Below, in pieces: positions 42,358 to 52,634 of a DNA stretch of 64,000 nucleotides. The stretch is from Candidatus Gastranaerophilales bacterium (GTDB taxonomy: Bacteria > Cyanobacteriota > Vampirovibrionia > Gastranaerophilales > Gastranaerophilaceae): positions 2,318 to 66,317 of the forward strand of contig CALVBV010000001.1 in assembly GCA_944325815.1 (NCBI GenBank), in the 5' to 3' direction. Below the pieces are notes generated by a model that saw only the letters and a program-made list of their open reading frames with translations, was not told the origin of the DNA and searched no databases. The first letter of the stretch is position 1, and every line of letters starts with the position of its first letter. Position numbers and translations under genes: made by a program.

Positions 42358-43544
42358 GACTTCTTTTTGACTGTACAGAATTGTCTTATTATAATGACGC
42401 ATCCGGAAACAGGGCCGGAGTTTTTAATGTCGCATTGAATATTTTCCGCGAACTAAAAAAGAGAGGGGTTGATATCACATTCTATTGTAACTACAGGCGT
42501 TTGTATTTTATGAAGGAAGTCAAGGCTTTTTCTGATATAAAGCTTCTTAAAGAACATTCTTTATTAAACAGGATTGTCGGATATTTGATATACCTGACAA
42601 GAAACTTTCCGATTAGGCTAAGATATGCAGTTTTAATACTATCCAGATTTTATGATGCTTACTGCTATCAGGTAAACAAGAAGAATTTAGAACAGCTGGA
42701 AGATTTTGATGTATACTTTTCACCGTTTACACCGCCATCCAGAGAAATCGAACTTGCAAATCTGAATCGATTCAGAATGATTCACGATGTCATACCTATT
42801 ATAGAAAACGGTATCTCTAAAAACCCTAAAGACTGGTATTATAAAATCTACAATTCTATAAATGATAAGGATTTCTACGTTACAAATTCCGAATGTACAA
42901 GAAAAGATGTTTTAAAATATTTTCCTTTTATAAAAGATGAAAATATAAAAACAACATTGCTTGGAGCTGATTTTGAGCCCAAAGAAGGTAAGACATTTGA
43001 CGGCAAATACGTATTTTCTCTATGCACTCTCGGTAAAAGAAAAAATATAGCATTCACCATAAAAAATTTCTTCAAGTTTATTAACAGAAACAAAATTAAT
43101 GATTTAACGCTTGTTCTTGGAGGCGGAACCTGGAAAAAATTTGAAGGAGAACTTAACTCTATTATCAATGAGTTTGACAAATCCAAGATTCTTTTAACAG
43201 GATATATAAAAGACGAAGAGTTAGCAGCTTGGTACACAAATGCTATGATGTTTGTTTACCCATCCTTGTATGAGGGTTTTGGGCTTCCGGTACTTGAAGC
43301 AATGAAGTGCGGATGCCCTGTTATCACATCCAATGTATCCTCGCTCCCGGAAGTTATCGGGGATGCCGGAATAAAAGTCTGCCCTGATTCTGATGAAGAG
43401 CTCATTGAGGCTTATGAAAAAATGTATTATGATAATTTCTACAGAGAAATATGCAGGGAACGAGGACTAATTAGGGCGCGGAATTTCTCCTGGGGAAAAT
43501 GTGTATCAGAACTTCTTGAGTTTATTGAAGCAAAGTGCATTTAA
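42354..43544 (+). CDS. Family 4 (GT-B) glycosyltransferase
   Basis: YPSLYEGFGLPVLEAMKCGCPVITSNVSSLPEVIGDAG is present. The start is a TTG. Confidence 0.85.
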   Translation: MRLLFDCTELSYYNDASGNRAGVFNVALNIFRELKKRGVDITFYCNYRRLYFMKEVKAFSDIKLLKEHSLLNRIVGYLIYLTRNFPIRLRYAVLILSRFYDAYCYQVNKKNLEQLEDFDVYFSPFTPPSREIELANLNRFRMIHDVIPIIENGISKNPKDWYYKIYNSINDKDFYVTNSECTRKDVLKYFPFIKDENIKTTLLGADFEPKEGKTFDGKYVFSLCTLGKRKNIAFTIKNFFKFINRNKINDLTLVLGGGTWKKFEGELNSIINEFDKSKILLTGYIKDEELAAWYTNAMMFVYPSLYEGFGLPVLEAMKCGCPVITSNVSSLPEVIGDAGIKVCPDSDEELIEAYEKMYYDNFYREICRERGLIRARNFSWGKCVSELLEFIEAKCI

Positions 43545-44453
43545 AAGTTTAAATGTATTCTTCTCTATAAAAATAACCACTTCTCTAAAGCCTGTAGGCA
43601 TATTATTTAATACACGGAATCTAATTTTTCTATAAAGATTAAGCTCTGCATATTGGTTCTTTTCTGATACTTTAAATCTGCCTGCATTTTTTATAATTAA
43701 ATCCAATGGATAATCTGAGACTGAAGGTATAACATCTCTCCACTCAGTAACCTCTCCAAGCATATATATACCGTATTTTGGGATACTTGTTTTCAGAAAT
43801 GGACAATGGTACCACTTAATCAGCCGTTTCCACTTCGCTAACATACAATTTTCCGTAAAAAAGTACCTGTTTATTAAAACTCCGCTTTTAAATCCACTCT
43901 TCCTTAAAAGTTTACTAAGCCCAATTTCATACTTATAAATTATTTCAGCTTTATCATCCTGATGCGTAATACCATTAATAAAGTTCATAAAAACAGGACT
44001 ATTAAAAACCTGCGGCCTAAATACCAGAAAATAACTCTGTATATGAGGCGACCAAGTGTGAAGGTTTGTATTCCCGATTTTTATACCAAAATTATTTCTT
44101 GTAATCCCCCAAAAATCACATTTTTTCTTTGACATTTTATCAAATATGGACTTTAGAGGGAAAAACGGACCATAGCAAGAGTCATTAACAAACAAAAGTT
44201 CGTCAAATTCGAGATTGTTCTCTTTTGCGAATAAAAAACCTCTTTTATAGGAACCGAAATCGTATTCATTATGCTTCTCAATTATAGTAAAATCTACAAT
44301 CTTAGAAACTTCTTCAATATTGCGAATCCTTTCACAGTCGGATACAAAAATAATTGTAGAGCAGATATCTTTCAAGCTGTTTAAATAATACAACACATAG
44401 TCATCCGCAAAATTATCTTTATCCCAGTGTGCAAAAACGCAAAGTCTCTTCAT
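43506..44453 (-). CDS. Rhamnan-synthesis protein F (RgpF)-like polysaccharide biosynthesis protein
   Basis: KRLCVFAHWDKDNFADDYVLYYLNSL is a typical RgpF-family N-terminus. Confidence 0.55.
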   Translation of the reverse strand: MKRLCVFAHWDKDNFADDYVLYYLNSLKDICSTIIFVSDCERIRNIEEVSKIVDFTIIEKHNEYDFGSYKRGFLFAKENNLEFDELLFVNDSCYGPFFPLKSIFDKMSKKKCDFWGITRNNFGIKIGNTNLHTWSPHIQSYFLVFRPQVFNSPVFMNFINGITHQDDKAEIIYKYEIGLSKLLRKSGFKSGVLINRYFFTENCMLAKWKRLIKWYHCPFLKTSIPKYGIYMLGEVTEWRDVIPSVSDYPLDLIIKNAGRFKVSEKNQYAELNLYRKIRFRVLNNMPTGFREVVIFIEKNTFKLLNALCFNKLKKF

Positions 44454-44538
44454 AAGACCATTTTATCATAAAATACGCTTTATAAATGATAGCAAGAAGT
44501 AAATTATAATCTATAATAAAAATTGAAAGAGGGTTTTA

Positions 44539-44730
44539 ATGGTTGTAAGAGTTTTACTATTATTTTTATCGCTGATAATCTTAGTCAACCTTTGTATTAT
44601 AACATTGTGCTACATATTAGGAGAAAACCTTTACCAAAAATACGGTAAACAGATGCTTATATTATTCGGGGCATTCGTATTTCTTGTAGCAGCTCTTTAT
44701 ATCGCTCTTGCGCTTATTGGTTTGAAATAG
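44539..44730 (+). CDS. Small two-TM membrane protein upstream of the SPFH gene
   Basis: 63 aa with two hydrophobic helices, 21 nt upstream of the SPFH gene. Confidence 0.4.
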   Translation: MVVRVLLLFLSLIILVNLCIITLCYILGENLYQKYGKQMLILFGAFVFLVAALYIALALIGLK

Positions 44731-44751
44731 TTAGTTAAAGAAAGGAATTTT

Positions 44752-45540
44752 ATGGACAAAAAGTTATTCGGTATGCCAGTACTTGTGCTGTGTCTCTTGG
44801 TGTGTTTCATTATTATGTGCAACCCATTTGTAATGGTAGGCCCGGGAGAGAGAGGTATAAAAATAAGACTTGGTGAAGTTGAACCCGAAAGCTATGGAGA
44901 AGGATTACATTTAATCTTTCCATTTATCCAAAAATTCAGAACCATGGACGTCAAGACTCAAAGAAATACATTAACCACCTCCGTCTACACAAAAGATATT
45001 CAACAGGCTAGAATTACATACGTAATAAACTATAATGTCCAGCCTGATAAGGTTAATAAACTGTTTCAAGAAGTTGGTACGGATTATGTAAGTACAATCC
45101 TAACCCCTGTTGTAGAAGGTACAATCAAAGATATTATCGGGAAATGGAATGCGCAGGATTTGATTGCAAACAGAGAAAAAGCAACCGGTGACATCCTATT
45201 TAAACTGCAATCTCAACTTACAGATAATTATATAAACGTAACCGATTTCCAGATGACTGAAATTAATTATTCAGACGTTTTTGAACGCGCAATTGAAAGC
45301 AAGGTTACAGCAGAACAAGAAGCTTTAAAGGCTAAAAACAAGACAGTTCAGGTTGAAGAAGAAGCAAAACAAAAAGTTATTGCAGCAGAAGCTGAAGCAA
45401 AATCTATGGCAATACGTGCAAGAGCCTTAAGTCAGAATAAATCTCTTGTACAGTATGAAGCAGTACAAAAATGGGATGGCAAAATGCCACAGTATATGCT
45501 GGGTAACTCAGTTCCGTTTATAAATGTTTCCGGAAAATAG
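44752..45540 (+). CDS. SPFH/band 7 (prohibitin-like) membrane protein
   Basis: An N-terminal TM helix, PGERGIKIRLGEV and an Ala/Glu-rich coiled coil (EQEALKAKNKTVQVEEEAKQKVIAAEAEAK) are present. Confidence 0.8.
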   Translation: MDKKLFGMPVLVLCLLVCFIIMCNPFVMVGPGERGIKIRLGEVEPESYGEGLHLIFPFIQKFRTMDVKTQRNTLTTSVYTKDIQQARITYVINYNVQPDKVNKLFQEVGTDYVSTILTPVVEGTIKDIIGKWNAQDLIANREKATGDILFKLQSQLTDNYINVTDFQMTEINYSDVFERAIESKVTAEQEALKAKNKTVQVEEEAKQKVIAAEAEAKSMAIRARALSQNKSLVQYEAVQKWDGKMPQYMLGNSVPFINVSGK

Positions 45541-45542
45541 TT

Positions 45543-45572
45543 AAAAAAACGGCTCTTTGAGCCGTTTTTTTT
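45543..45572. terminator. Bidirectional intrinsic terminator
   Basis: A7, CGGCTC, ttt, GAGCCG, then T8, between convergent genes. Confidence 0.8.
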
Positions 45573-46602
45573 ATGGTTTTATTAAAAATTTGATTGCATT
45601 TCCTGCAATATGTCTTTCCATCGCATATTGCACCTTATTAAGCGGAAGCGTCTCTGTTATCAGCTTTTCTACTTCAATATCCCCGGAAGCGATTAAATCC
45701 AAGGCCTGTCTGAAATATTTGGGTGTATGATGGAATACACTCATAAGCCTTATATCACCGTAATGCATTTTTGTCGTATCAATACTTACTTTTGAGCCGG
45801 ATTTACATCCGCCAAAAAAGTGCACTGTTCCGCCAGGGCGTACGCATGAGAATACTAGTTCCCAAATTTCCGGCATGCCTACACACTCTATTGCAATATC
45901 AAGCCCTCTTTTTTCTTCAGAGAAATCTTTGAAAATTTTTACAGGATTAGTGTATTTTTTCAAATCAACAATCTCGTCAGCGTGTGCAAATTCTTCTGCC
46001 AGTTTTAATTTTAAGGGATTTCTCCCTGCAACAATGACTCTTGCACCTTTGAGTTTAGCCAGTCTTGCAAACATAAGACCAATAGGCCCGATTCCGATAA
46101 CGCCAACAGTCTGTCCTGGATTTATCCCGGTTCTTTCGACACCGTGAACCACATTTGCCAGCGGCTCTGTAAAAGCTGCTTTTTCAAAAGTAAGGCTTGG
46201 CGGAAGAATAAGAGTGTTTTTCTCTACAATCCTTGCCGGTACAACTATATATTCCGCGTAAGCCCCATTGAGTAAATCAAGGTTCTCACAAAGATTGTAT
46301 TCTCCTCTTTTGCAGTAAAAACATTCACCGCAGGGTGCAGAATTTGCACAGACCACTCTGTCTCCCGGTTTTACGTTTTTTACGCCTGCTGCAACTTTTT
46401 CCACAACTCCGGAAAACTCATGGCCAAAACCTGAGGGAACTTTTTTTATAAGTACGGGATGACCGCGCCTGTACGTCTTTACATCTGTTCCGCAGGTTAG
46501 CGCCGCCTCTATTTTAACGAGAATTTCTCCTTGTGCTAAAGGTTTAATCCTTGTTTCTTCATATCTTATATCCTGCGGACCGTAAAATAGTACTGCTTTC
46601 AT
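45571..46602 (-). CDS. Zinc-dependent medium-chain alcohol/polyol dehydrogenase
   Basis: CGTDV, GHEFSGVV, the structural zinc site CGECFYCKRGEYNLC and GIGPIG are present. The start is placed at MKAVLFYG (ATG 46602). Confidence 0.8.
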   Translation of the reverse strand: MKAVLFYGPQDIRYEETRIKPLAQGEILVKIEAALTCGTDVKTYRRGHPVLIKKVPSGFGHEFSGVVEKVAAGVKNVKPGDRVVCANSAPCGECFYCKRGEYNLCENLDLLNGAYAEYIVVPARIVEKNTLILPPSLTFEKAAFTEPLANVVHGVERTGINPGQTVGVIGIGPIGLMFARLAKLKGARVIVAGRNPLKLKLAEEFAHADEIVDLKKYTNPVKIFKDFSEEKRGLDIAIECVGMPEIWELVFSCVRPGGTVHFFGGCKSGSKVSIDTTKMHYGDIRLMSVFHHTPKYFRQALDLIASGDIEVEKLITETLPLNKVQYAMERHIAGNAIKFLIKP

Positions 46603-46609
46603 TTTGTTT

Positions 46610-47059
46610 TTATTTGATAACCTGTAATACTGCCGTTGTAATATCATCTCCGCCATAAATTACGGCTGATTTAGGAAGCACCATTGTATATCCCATCTCT
46701 GCGGCTTTTTTTCCTATTTGTGCCGTAATTGCCTGGTCTGCAGACTTCAGCTTGGAGGCATATTCTTTAGCATTAGCCTCTCTTTTTGAAGCTAATTGTT
46801 TTTCATATTTCTGTGCAAGTTCTTTCTTTTTCTTTGCATCAGTTTGTTTATTTACATCGGCCTGTGCATTTTTAATAAAGTTTGTCAATTCTTTATTTTT
46901 AGCTTCCTGAGAAGACTTAAGCGCCTTTACCTGGGAAGACGAAGATACAACTTTTTGTATATCAACAACTGCGATTTTTTGCGGTGACGGTGCTGCAAAA
47001 ACTGCTGCAGAACAAAGCATTGCTAATGTCATTGATAATGTGATAATCTTTTTTTTCAT
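46610..47059 (-). CDS. OmpH/Skp-like periplasmic chaperone
   Basis: It has a signal peptide, IAVVDIQKV and a Lys/Gln-rich coiled coil. The product is 149 aa. Confidence 0.65.
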   Translation of the reverse strand: MKKKIITLSMTLAMLCSAAVFAAPSPQKIAVVDIQKVVSSSSQVKALKSSQEAKNKELTNFIKNAQADVNKQTDAKKKKELAQKYEKQLASKREANAKEYASKLKSADQAITAQIGKKAAEMGYTMVLPKSAVIYGGDDITTAVLQVIK

Positions 47060-47844
47060 AATAAACCCTTCCTATTTCTTCTGTAAATCAGAGCTAAAAC
47101 TGATACAATAATTATACTTATGGATACAAATATTGCAACCGGCATTCCCATTACATATTTTACACTGTCAAGTCTCAGGCTTTCGACTGCAATTCGTACT
47201 AAAGAATACAGTATTAAATATATAAGCGTTAAATTGCCGTCTATTTTTATCTTGTTCTTTTTGACCAGAAAAAGAAGCAAAACAAAAATACATACATCTA
47301 ATATGCTTTCATACAAGAATGCAGGATGAAAATATGCATACTCTTTGAAAGGAATCGGCCTGTATTGAGGCGCTATATATAGTTTCCAAGGAAGATTTGT
47401 CGGTCCTCCAAAGGCTTCCGAGTTGAAAAAATTCCCCCACCTTCCTATTGCCTGAGCTATAGACAGCCCTATTACAGATACATCACATAATTTTATCCAG
47501 GAAAATTTGTGTCTTAAAGCAAACAGCCAAAGTCCCAATACTCCGCCGAGCATTGCGCCGTGAATAGAAATCCCTCCGTGCCTTATGGCAATAATTTCTG
47601 TTGGGAATCGTAAGTAAAAATCATAGTTTAGAATACAGTAGTATAATCTTGCGCCTATTATCCCAAAAATTATTAAATATGGCGCCATATCAATTATTGT
47701 TTCTTTTTTGAGGTTAAAATACCTGACTCCTGCCCAATCGGAAACAAGCGTTCCCACTACAATTGCAATAGCCATTATTACACCGTAATAATAAATATTA
47801 ACTCCAAAAAGAGTGCACAAAATTTGAGAAGGTGATGTAAACAT
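47056..47844 (-). CDS. lgt: Prolipoprotein diacylglyceryl transferase
   Basis: YYGVIMAIAI, GARLYY, HGGISIHG and the IGRWGNFFNSEAFG signature are present. Confidence 0.9.
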   Translation of the reverse strand: MFTSPSQILCTLFGVNIYYYGVIMAIAIVVGTLVSDWAGVRYFNLKKETIIDMAPYLIIFGIIGARLYYCILNYDFYLRFPTEIIAIRHGGISIHGAMLGGVLGLWLFALRHKFSWIKLCDVSVIGLSIAQAIGRWGNFFNSEAFGGPTNLPWKLYIAPQYRPIPFKEYAYFHPAFLYESILDVCIFVLLLFLVKKNKIKIDGNLTLIYLILYSLVRIAVESLRLDSVKYVMGMPVAIFVSISIIIVSVLALIYRRNRKGLL

Positions 47845-48441
47845 TTATTCAGCCTTAGGTTGTGTATTTTCACCGTTGATAAAAGAATTTGATTCTTGAA
47901 TTAGCGCTTCTATTGTTTCTTTATCCTCTGTATTAGGATTCAGGCTCAAATATTTATTAAGATTTTCAATAGAGGCTTTTTTATATTCAATAGCCTTTGC
48001 CTTTTCTTCCGAGGCCTCTGTGCGCTTATCTGCTTCCATAACCGGGTTATTTTCATTTACATTTTCACCCTGCGGTTCATCATTCTGCGCTTCTTCAGCT
48101 TTTGCTGTAATTTCATCAGCCAGTTCTGATTGAGCTATACCAAGAGAATAATAAAAATCTGCATAGTCAGGTTTGATTTTTATTCCGCCTTCAAGCGCTT
48201 CAATTGCTTTTTCGTATTTTTTTGCATTAATAGAAGCAACGCCTAAATTATAGTATGTTTCATACATTGTTGAATCTAAATCTAAACTTGCCTGCAGTCT
48301 GTTCATTGCAGATTCATAGTCGCCTTTCTGCATAAATTCTGCAGCTTTATTATTAAGTTCCTGTACCGCCATATTGTTTATACATGCAGTAGAAATAACT
48401 GCAATAATAAGTACAGATACAATCATTAAAGCTTTTTTCAT
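47845..48441 (-). CDS. TPR-repeat lipoprotein
   Basis: It has a signal peptide with a lipobox-like VISTAC. TPR-like repeats include YESAMNRLQASLDLD and YYNLGVASINAKKYEKAIEALE. Confidence 0.65.
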   Translation of the reverse strand: MKKALMIVSVLIIAVISTACINNMAVQELNNKAAEFMQKGDYESAMNRLQASLDLDSTMYETYYNLGVASINAKKYEKAIEALEGGIKIKPDYADFYYSLGIAQSELADEITAKAEEAQNDEPQGENVNENNPVMEADKRTEASEEKAKAIEYKKASIENLNKYLSLNPNTEDKETIEALIQESNSFINGENTQPKAE

Positions 48442-48579
48442 TTCAACAATATCCTCAACTCTTACAAAATTATTAAGGGTATTCTAATACACTTTTTTAA
48501 AATAATCAAGTTATAAATTTTTATGTTGTTTACGATCCGGCATGTTTCTGTTAAAATTGAGTTAAAGAGGTAAGTAATT

Positions 48580-49662
48580 ATGAAAGATATGTTGGATAAA
48601 ATTATTCAGATAGAAAAGAAATATAAAGAACTCGGAGAAACTCTGTCTGATCCTGCAGTAATTGCAGATTATAACAAATTTAGGGATTTATCAAAGCAGC
48701 GAAAGTCAATGGAAGAGACCGTTGAATTATATTATGCCTGGAAAAAGGCTACAGATGCTATAGAAGAAGCAAAGCAAATGATTCATGAAGAGAAAGATGA
48801 AGAAATGAGAAGCTTCTTGAAAGCGGAGATGGAAGAAAATGAAGCAAAACTTCCTGTGTATGAAGAAAGGATGAAAGTCCTTCTGCTTCCGAGAGACCCG
48901 ATGGATGATAAAGATATTATGCTTGAAATCAGAGGCGGCGCAGGCGGAGATGAAGCCAACATTTTTGCAGGCGATTTGATGAGAATGTATCTCAGATATG
49001 CGGACAAAAAAGGCTGGCAGACACAGATTCTGAGCAAAACAGAATGCGAAGCAGGAGGGGTCTCAGAGGTTATTATCTCTATGAAAGGCGACAGTATATA
49101 TTCAAGATTGAAATATGAATCCGGTGTCCACAGGGTTCAAAGAGTTCCTGCTACAGAATCCCAGGGCAGAGTTCATACTTCTACAGCCACTGTTGCAGTT
49201 ATGCCGGAGGTTGATGATGTCGAAGTTGAACTTAATATGAATGACGTGGAAATTACGACAGCACGCTCAGGCGGTGCAGGCGGACAAAACGTTAACAAAG
49301 TTGAAACTGCAGCAAGAGTATTCCACAAACCTACAGGAATTATGATTTTCTGTACGGAAGAGCGCTCACAGCTTCAAAATAAGGAACGTGCTCTCCAGAT
49401 TCTTAAAGCAAAGCTTTATGATATGGAAGTTCAGAAGCAAATGAAAGAAATTACTGACTTGAGACGTTCTCAGGTCGGAACGGGCGACAGAAGCGAACGA
49501 ATCAGAACATATAATTTTCCGCAGGGAAGATTAACCGACCACAGAATAGGCCAGAATTTGAATGTCTGGACTGTAATCGACGGTGATTTAGATGAACTGA
49601 TTGATTTACTCACTGAGTATGACCAAAAACTTAAACTTGAAAAGCTTGCAGAGGTAAATTAG
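48580..49662 (+). CDS. prfA: Peptide chain release factor 1
   Basis: The PAT tripeptide context ([14 protein letters not shown]) and [15 protein letters not shown] (GGQ) are present. Confidence 0.95.
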   Translation: MKDMLDKIIQIEKKYKELGETLSDPAVIADYNKFRDLSKQRKSMEETVELYYAWKKATDAIEEAKQMIHEEKDEEMRSFLKAEMEENEAKLPVYEERMKVLLLPRDPMDDKDIMLEIRGGAGGDEANIFAGDLMRMYLRYADKKGWQTQILSKTECEAGGVSEVIISMKGDSIYSRLKYESGVHRVQRVPATESQGRVHTSTATVAVMPEVDDVEVELNMNDVEITTARSGGAGGQNVNKVETAARVFHKPTGIMIFCTEERSQLQNKERALQILKAKLYDMEVQKQMKEITDLRRSQVGTGDRSERIRTYNFPQGRLTDHRIGQNLNVWTVIDGDLDELIDLLTEYDQKLKLEKLAEVN

Positions 49663-49925
49663 TGCAGAGAAAATGTGCCGGCTGCGGTGAGATGAAAAAC
49701 CGGGAAGATATGATAAAGATTACTAAAAATTATAAAGACGGAAGCATAGTAATAAACCCGGATTCCGTAACATTTGGCAGATCTGTATATCTTTGTTATA
49801 ATCAAAGTTGTATTGATAAAGCTTTTAAGAAATCAAAACTTAATAAGGCGCTAAAAACAGGCGCTGCCTTCGATAAAACAGAAATTTCCAGTATGGTTGT
49901 GAGGTTTTGCGAAGAGAAAATTTGA
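49662..49925 (+). CDS. ylxR: YlxR/DUF448-family RNA-binding protein
   Basis: RKCAGCGEMKNREDMIKI is present. The gene lies just upstream of infB. Its GTG start overlaps the prfA stop (TAGTG). Confidence 0.75.
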   Translation: MQRKCAGCGEMKNREDMIKITKNYKDGSIVINPDSVTFGRSVYLCYNQSCIDKAFKKSKLNKALKTGAAFDKTEISSMVVRFCEEKI

Positions 49926-49938
49926 AAGGACAATTTGA

Positions 49939-52422
49939 ATGGATAGTATAAGAGTAAGTGAACTGGCAAAAGAATTAGGAATGACAAGTAAAGAAGTTAT
50001 AGAAAAATTCGGCGAAATAGATATTTTTGTCAAGTCGCACTCAAATACAGTAACTCCAGTTCAAATCCGCAAGCTGAAAGAACATTTGGGCGTAACACCC
50101 AAAAAGAGTTCCGCAAAACCAAAGGCTTTTGTTGTAAAAAAGGCAAAACCGGCAGTAAGTGAAGAGGTAAAACAGGAAGAGCCTGCAAAACAAACTGCGG
50201 CAGCCGAACCTGTTTCTAAAATAGAGAAGGTTCAGAAGGCTGAACCAAAACCGGAAATAAAAAAAGCGGAAAAAACAATAGTAAGGGTAGAAAGAACAAA
50301 AATAGAATATCCTAAGAATCAATCCAGAATAGAAATTGTCCGGAAAGCCCCGCCGAAACCCGTAAAAACAGAGGTAGAAAAATCCGAGCAGCCAAAGGAA
50401 AAGAAAACATTCTCAAAACCTGCTCATGAGAAGAAACTTGTAGAAAGACGCATAATTCCTCAAGAGATATACGAAGGGAAAGGCGCCCCTTCTAAGAAAA
50501 AATCCGACCAGAGACGCAAAGACAAGGACTTTAATTCTAAAAAAGAAGATCAGGAAATGATTTCTCTTGAAAAGGCTGCGGCTCAAAAACATAAAAAGAA
50601 AGTTCATAAAGAAGAAGCCGTAGAAGAAGTTAAACAGATTGTTGTAAATTCCGCAATGACAATAAGCGAACTTGCGGATAAGATTCAAAAAACTCCAGCT
50701 GAGATTGTTAAATTCCTTATGTTTCAGGGAATTATGGCAACAGTCAACCAGCTTATAGATGTTGATACTATCAAAAAAGTCTGCGCAGAATATAATCTGG
50801 AAGTTCTGGAAGAAGATATTGATGCGTATATTGAAGAAGAATTAGAAAAAGAAGAAAAGCAAAAAGCTTTAACAGAAGTCGATAAAAAATTACTTAAGAA
50901 ACGTGCGCCGGTAGTAAGTATTATGGGGCACGTAGACCATGGTAAAACAACACTTCTTGACAGCATAAGAGCTTCCAAGCACAAAATCGTTGCAACGGAA
51001 GTCGGCGGTATAACACAGTCAATCGGTGCTTATACAGTTTATCTTGATAACAACCATGAAAAGAAAATTGTATTTGTAGATACCCCCGGTCACGAAGCTT
51101 TTACCGAAATGCGTGCAAGGGGTGCTAAGGCAACTGATATCGCAATCCTTGTTGTTGCAGCTGATGACGGTATAATGCCTCAGACAATAGAAGCTATTAA
51201 CCACGCAAAAGCCGCTGAGGTTCCGATTATTGTTGCTGTTAACAAAATAGATAAACCGGGCGCTGATCCGGATAGAATTTTACAGCAGTTGACAGAACAC
51301 GGACTTGTTCCGGAAGCCTGGGGCGGAGACACAATTACCGTAAATGTATCAGCTTTGCAGGGAACAGGTATTGATGAACTCTTGGAATATATTCTTTTAG
51401 TTGCTGAAATTCAAGATTTGAAAGCTAATCCAAAAGCTGAAGCATCAGGCGTTGTAATTGAGGCAAATCTTGATAAAGGTAAAGGGCCTGTTGCCACACT
51501 TCTTGTTCAAAACGGAACATTAAGGGCTGGCAACTGTATTGTTGTAGGTACTGCCTGCGGAAGAGTCAGAGCACTTTTATCAGACTCCGGTGAAAGAATC
51601 CAAAAAGCGGAACCTTCTACTCCGGTTGAAATTCTAGGTTTGACAGAAGTTCCGAACGCCGGTGATTTCTTTGAAGTTGTTAAGAACGAAAAAGAAATGA
51701 AGGCAATTGTTGACAAGAGAAAAGAAAAAGAACGCAGCAAGCGTCTTGATGCAATGCTTCCTGCTCACATGAGACGTGAATCCGGAGACGCAGAAGGGAA
51801 TGTTCCGCAACTGAATCTGATTATAAAAGCAAACACCCACGGTTCGGCAGAGGCTGTATCGCAAGCAATTGCACAGTTTGAATCTAAAGAAATTGTGACT
51901 AAAATTATTCACGTTGGCGTTGGTGATATTTCAGAGGCGGATGTAATGCTGGCCTCGGCATCTAACGCTTTGATTCTCGGATTTACCGTAAAAGAAGATG
52001 CGAACGCGCTTGCAGCTGCTGAAAGAGAAGGGGTTACAATTAAGAAGTACGATATTATTTATCAAATTCTTGAAGATATAGAAAAGACAATGATATCATT
52101 ACTTTCACCTGAGGTTAAAGAAGTCGCTACAGGCCAGGTTGAAATCAGACAGATATTTACGGTTGGTAAAACCCAGAGAATTGCCGGCTGCTATGTTACA
52201 GAAGGTAAGATTAACCGAAATGATACGGCAACTATCTTTAGAGGCGGAAAAGAAATCTTCAAAGGCGCTGTTGATCAGCTCAAACGCTTTAAGGATGACG
52301 TTAAAGAAGTTGCTCAGGGATTTGAATGCGGTATTTCTTTCGTTAAATTTAACGATATCGAAGTCGGTGACATAGTTAAATTTACTACCAAGCAGGAAAT
52401 TGAGCGTTCTGAGCTGGAATAA
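49939..52422 (+). CDS. infB: Translation initiation factor IF-2
   Basis: RAPVVSIMGHVDHGKTTLLD, DTPGHEAF and NKID are present. The N-terminal region is Lys/Glu-rich. Confidence 0.95.
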   Translation: MDSIRVSELAKELGMTSKEVIEKFGEIDIFVKSHSNTVTPVQIRKLKEHLGVTPKKSSAKPKAFVVKKAKPAVSEEVKQEEPAKQTAAAEPVSKIEKVQKAEPKPEIKKAEKTIVRVERTKIEYPKNQSRIEIVRKAPPKPVKTEVEKSEQPKEKKTFSKPAHEKKLVERRIIPQEIYEGKGAPSKKKSDQRRKDKDFNSKKEDQEMISLEKAAAQKHKKKVHKEEAVEEVKQIVVNSAMTISELADKIQKTPAEIVKFLMFQGIMATVNQLIDVDTIKKVCAEYNLEVLEEDIDAYIEEELEKEEKQKALTEVDKKLLKKRAPVVSIMGHVDHGKTTLLDSIRASKHKIVATEVGGITQSIGAYTVYLDNNHEKKIVFVDTPGHEAFTEMRARGAKATDIAILVVAADDGIMPQTIEAINHAKAAEVPIIVAVNKIDKPGADPDRILQQLTEHGLVPEAWGGDTITVNVSALQGTGIDELLEYILLVAEIQDLKANPKAEASGVVIEANLDKGKGPVATLLVQNGTLRAGNCIVVGTACGRVRALLSDSGERIQKAEPSTPVEILGLTEVPNAGDFFEVVKNEKEMKAIVDKRKEKERSKRLDAMLPAHMRRESGDAEGNVPQLNLIIKANTHGSAEAVSQAIAQFESKEIVTKIIHVGVGDISEADVMLASASNALILGFTVKEDANALAAAEREGVTIKKYDIIYQILEDIEKTMISLLSPEVKEVATGQVEIRQIFTVGKTQRIAGCYVTEGKINRNDTATIFRGGKEIFKGAVDQLKRFKDDVKEVAQGFECGISFVKFNDIEVGDIVKFTTKQEIERSELE

Positions 52423-52441
52423 GGCATTAGAGTTTGTGACT

Positions 52442-52622
52442 ATGGAAATGTATAATCCGCCTCATCCGGATGAAATGCTAAATGAAAGACTATGGATTAA
52501 CTGTTGCAAAATTGGCGTTAATGCTTGGAATGAGCCGGAAACATCTATCTAATATTCTTAATTGTAAAGTTCCTATTACTATGGAAACAGCATTGAAACT
52601 TGCAAAGTTAAGTAATGAATGA
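52442..52622 (+). pseudogene. Frameshifted, C-terminally short HigA/VapI-type HTH antitoxin remnant
   Basis: Frame A reads MEMYNPPHPDEMLNE and then stops at 52550-52552. The +1 frame from 52488 reads DYGLTVAKLALMLGMSRKHLSNILNCKVPITMETALKLAKLSNE. The frames differ by one extra A in the run at 52485-52487. Confidence 0.5.
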
Positions 52623-52634
52623 GTTTTTGATTAC

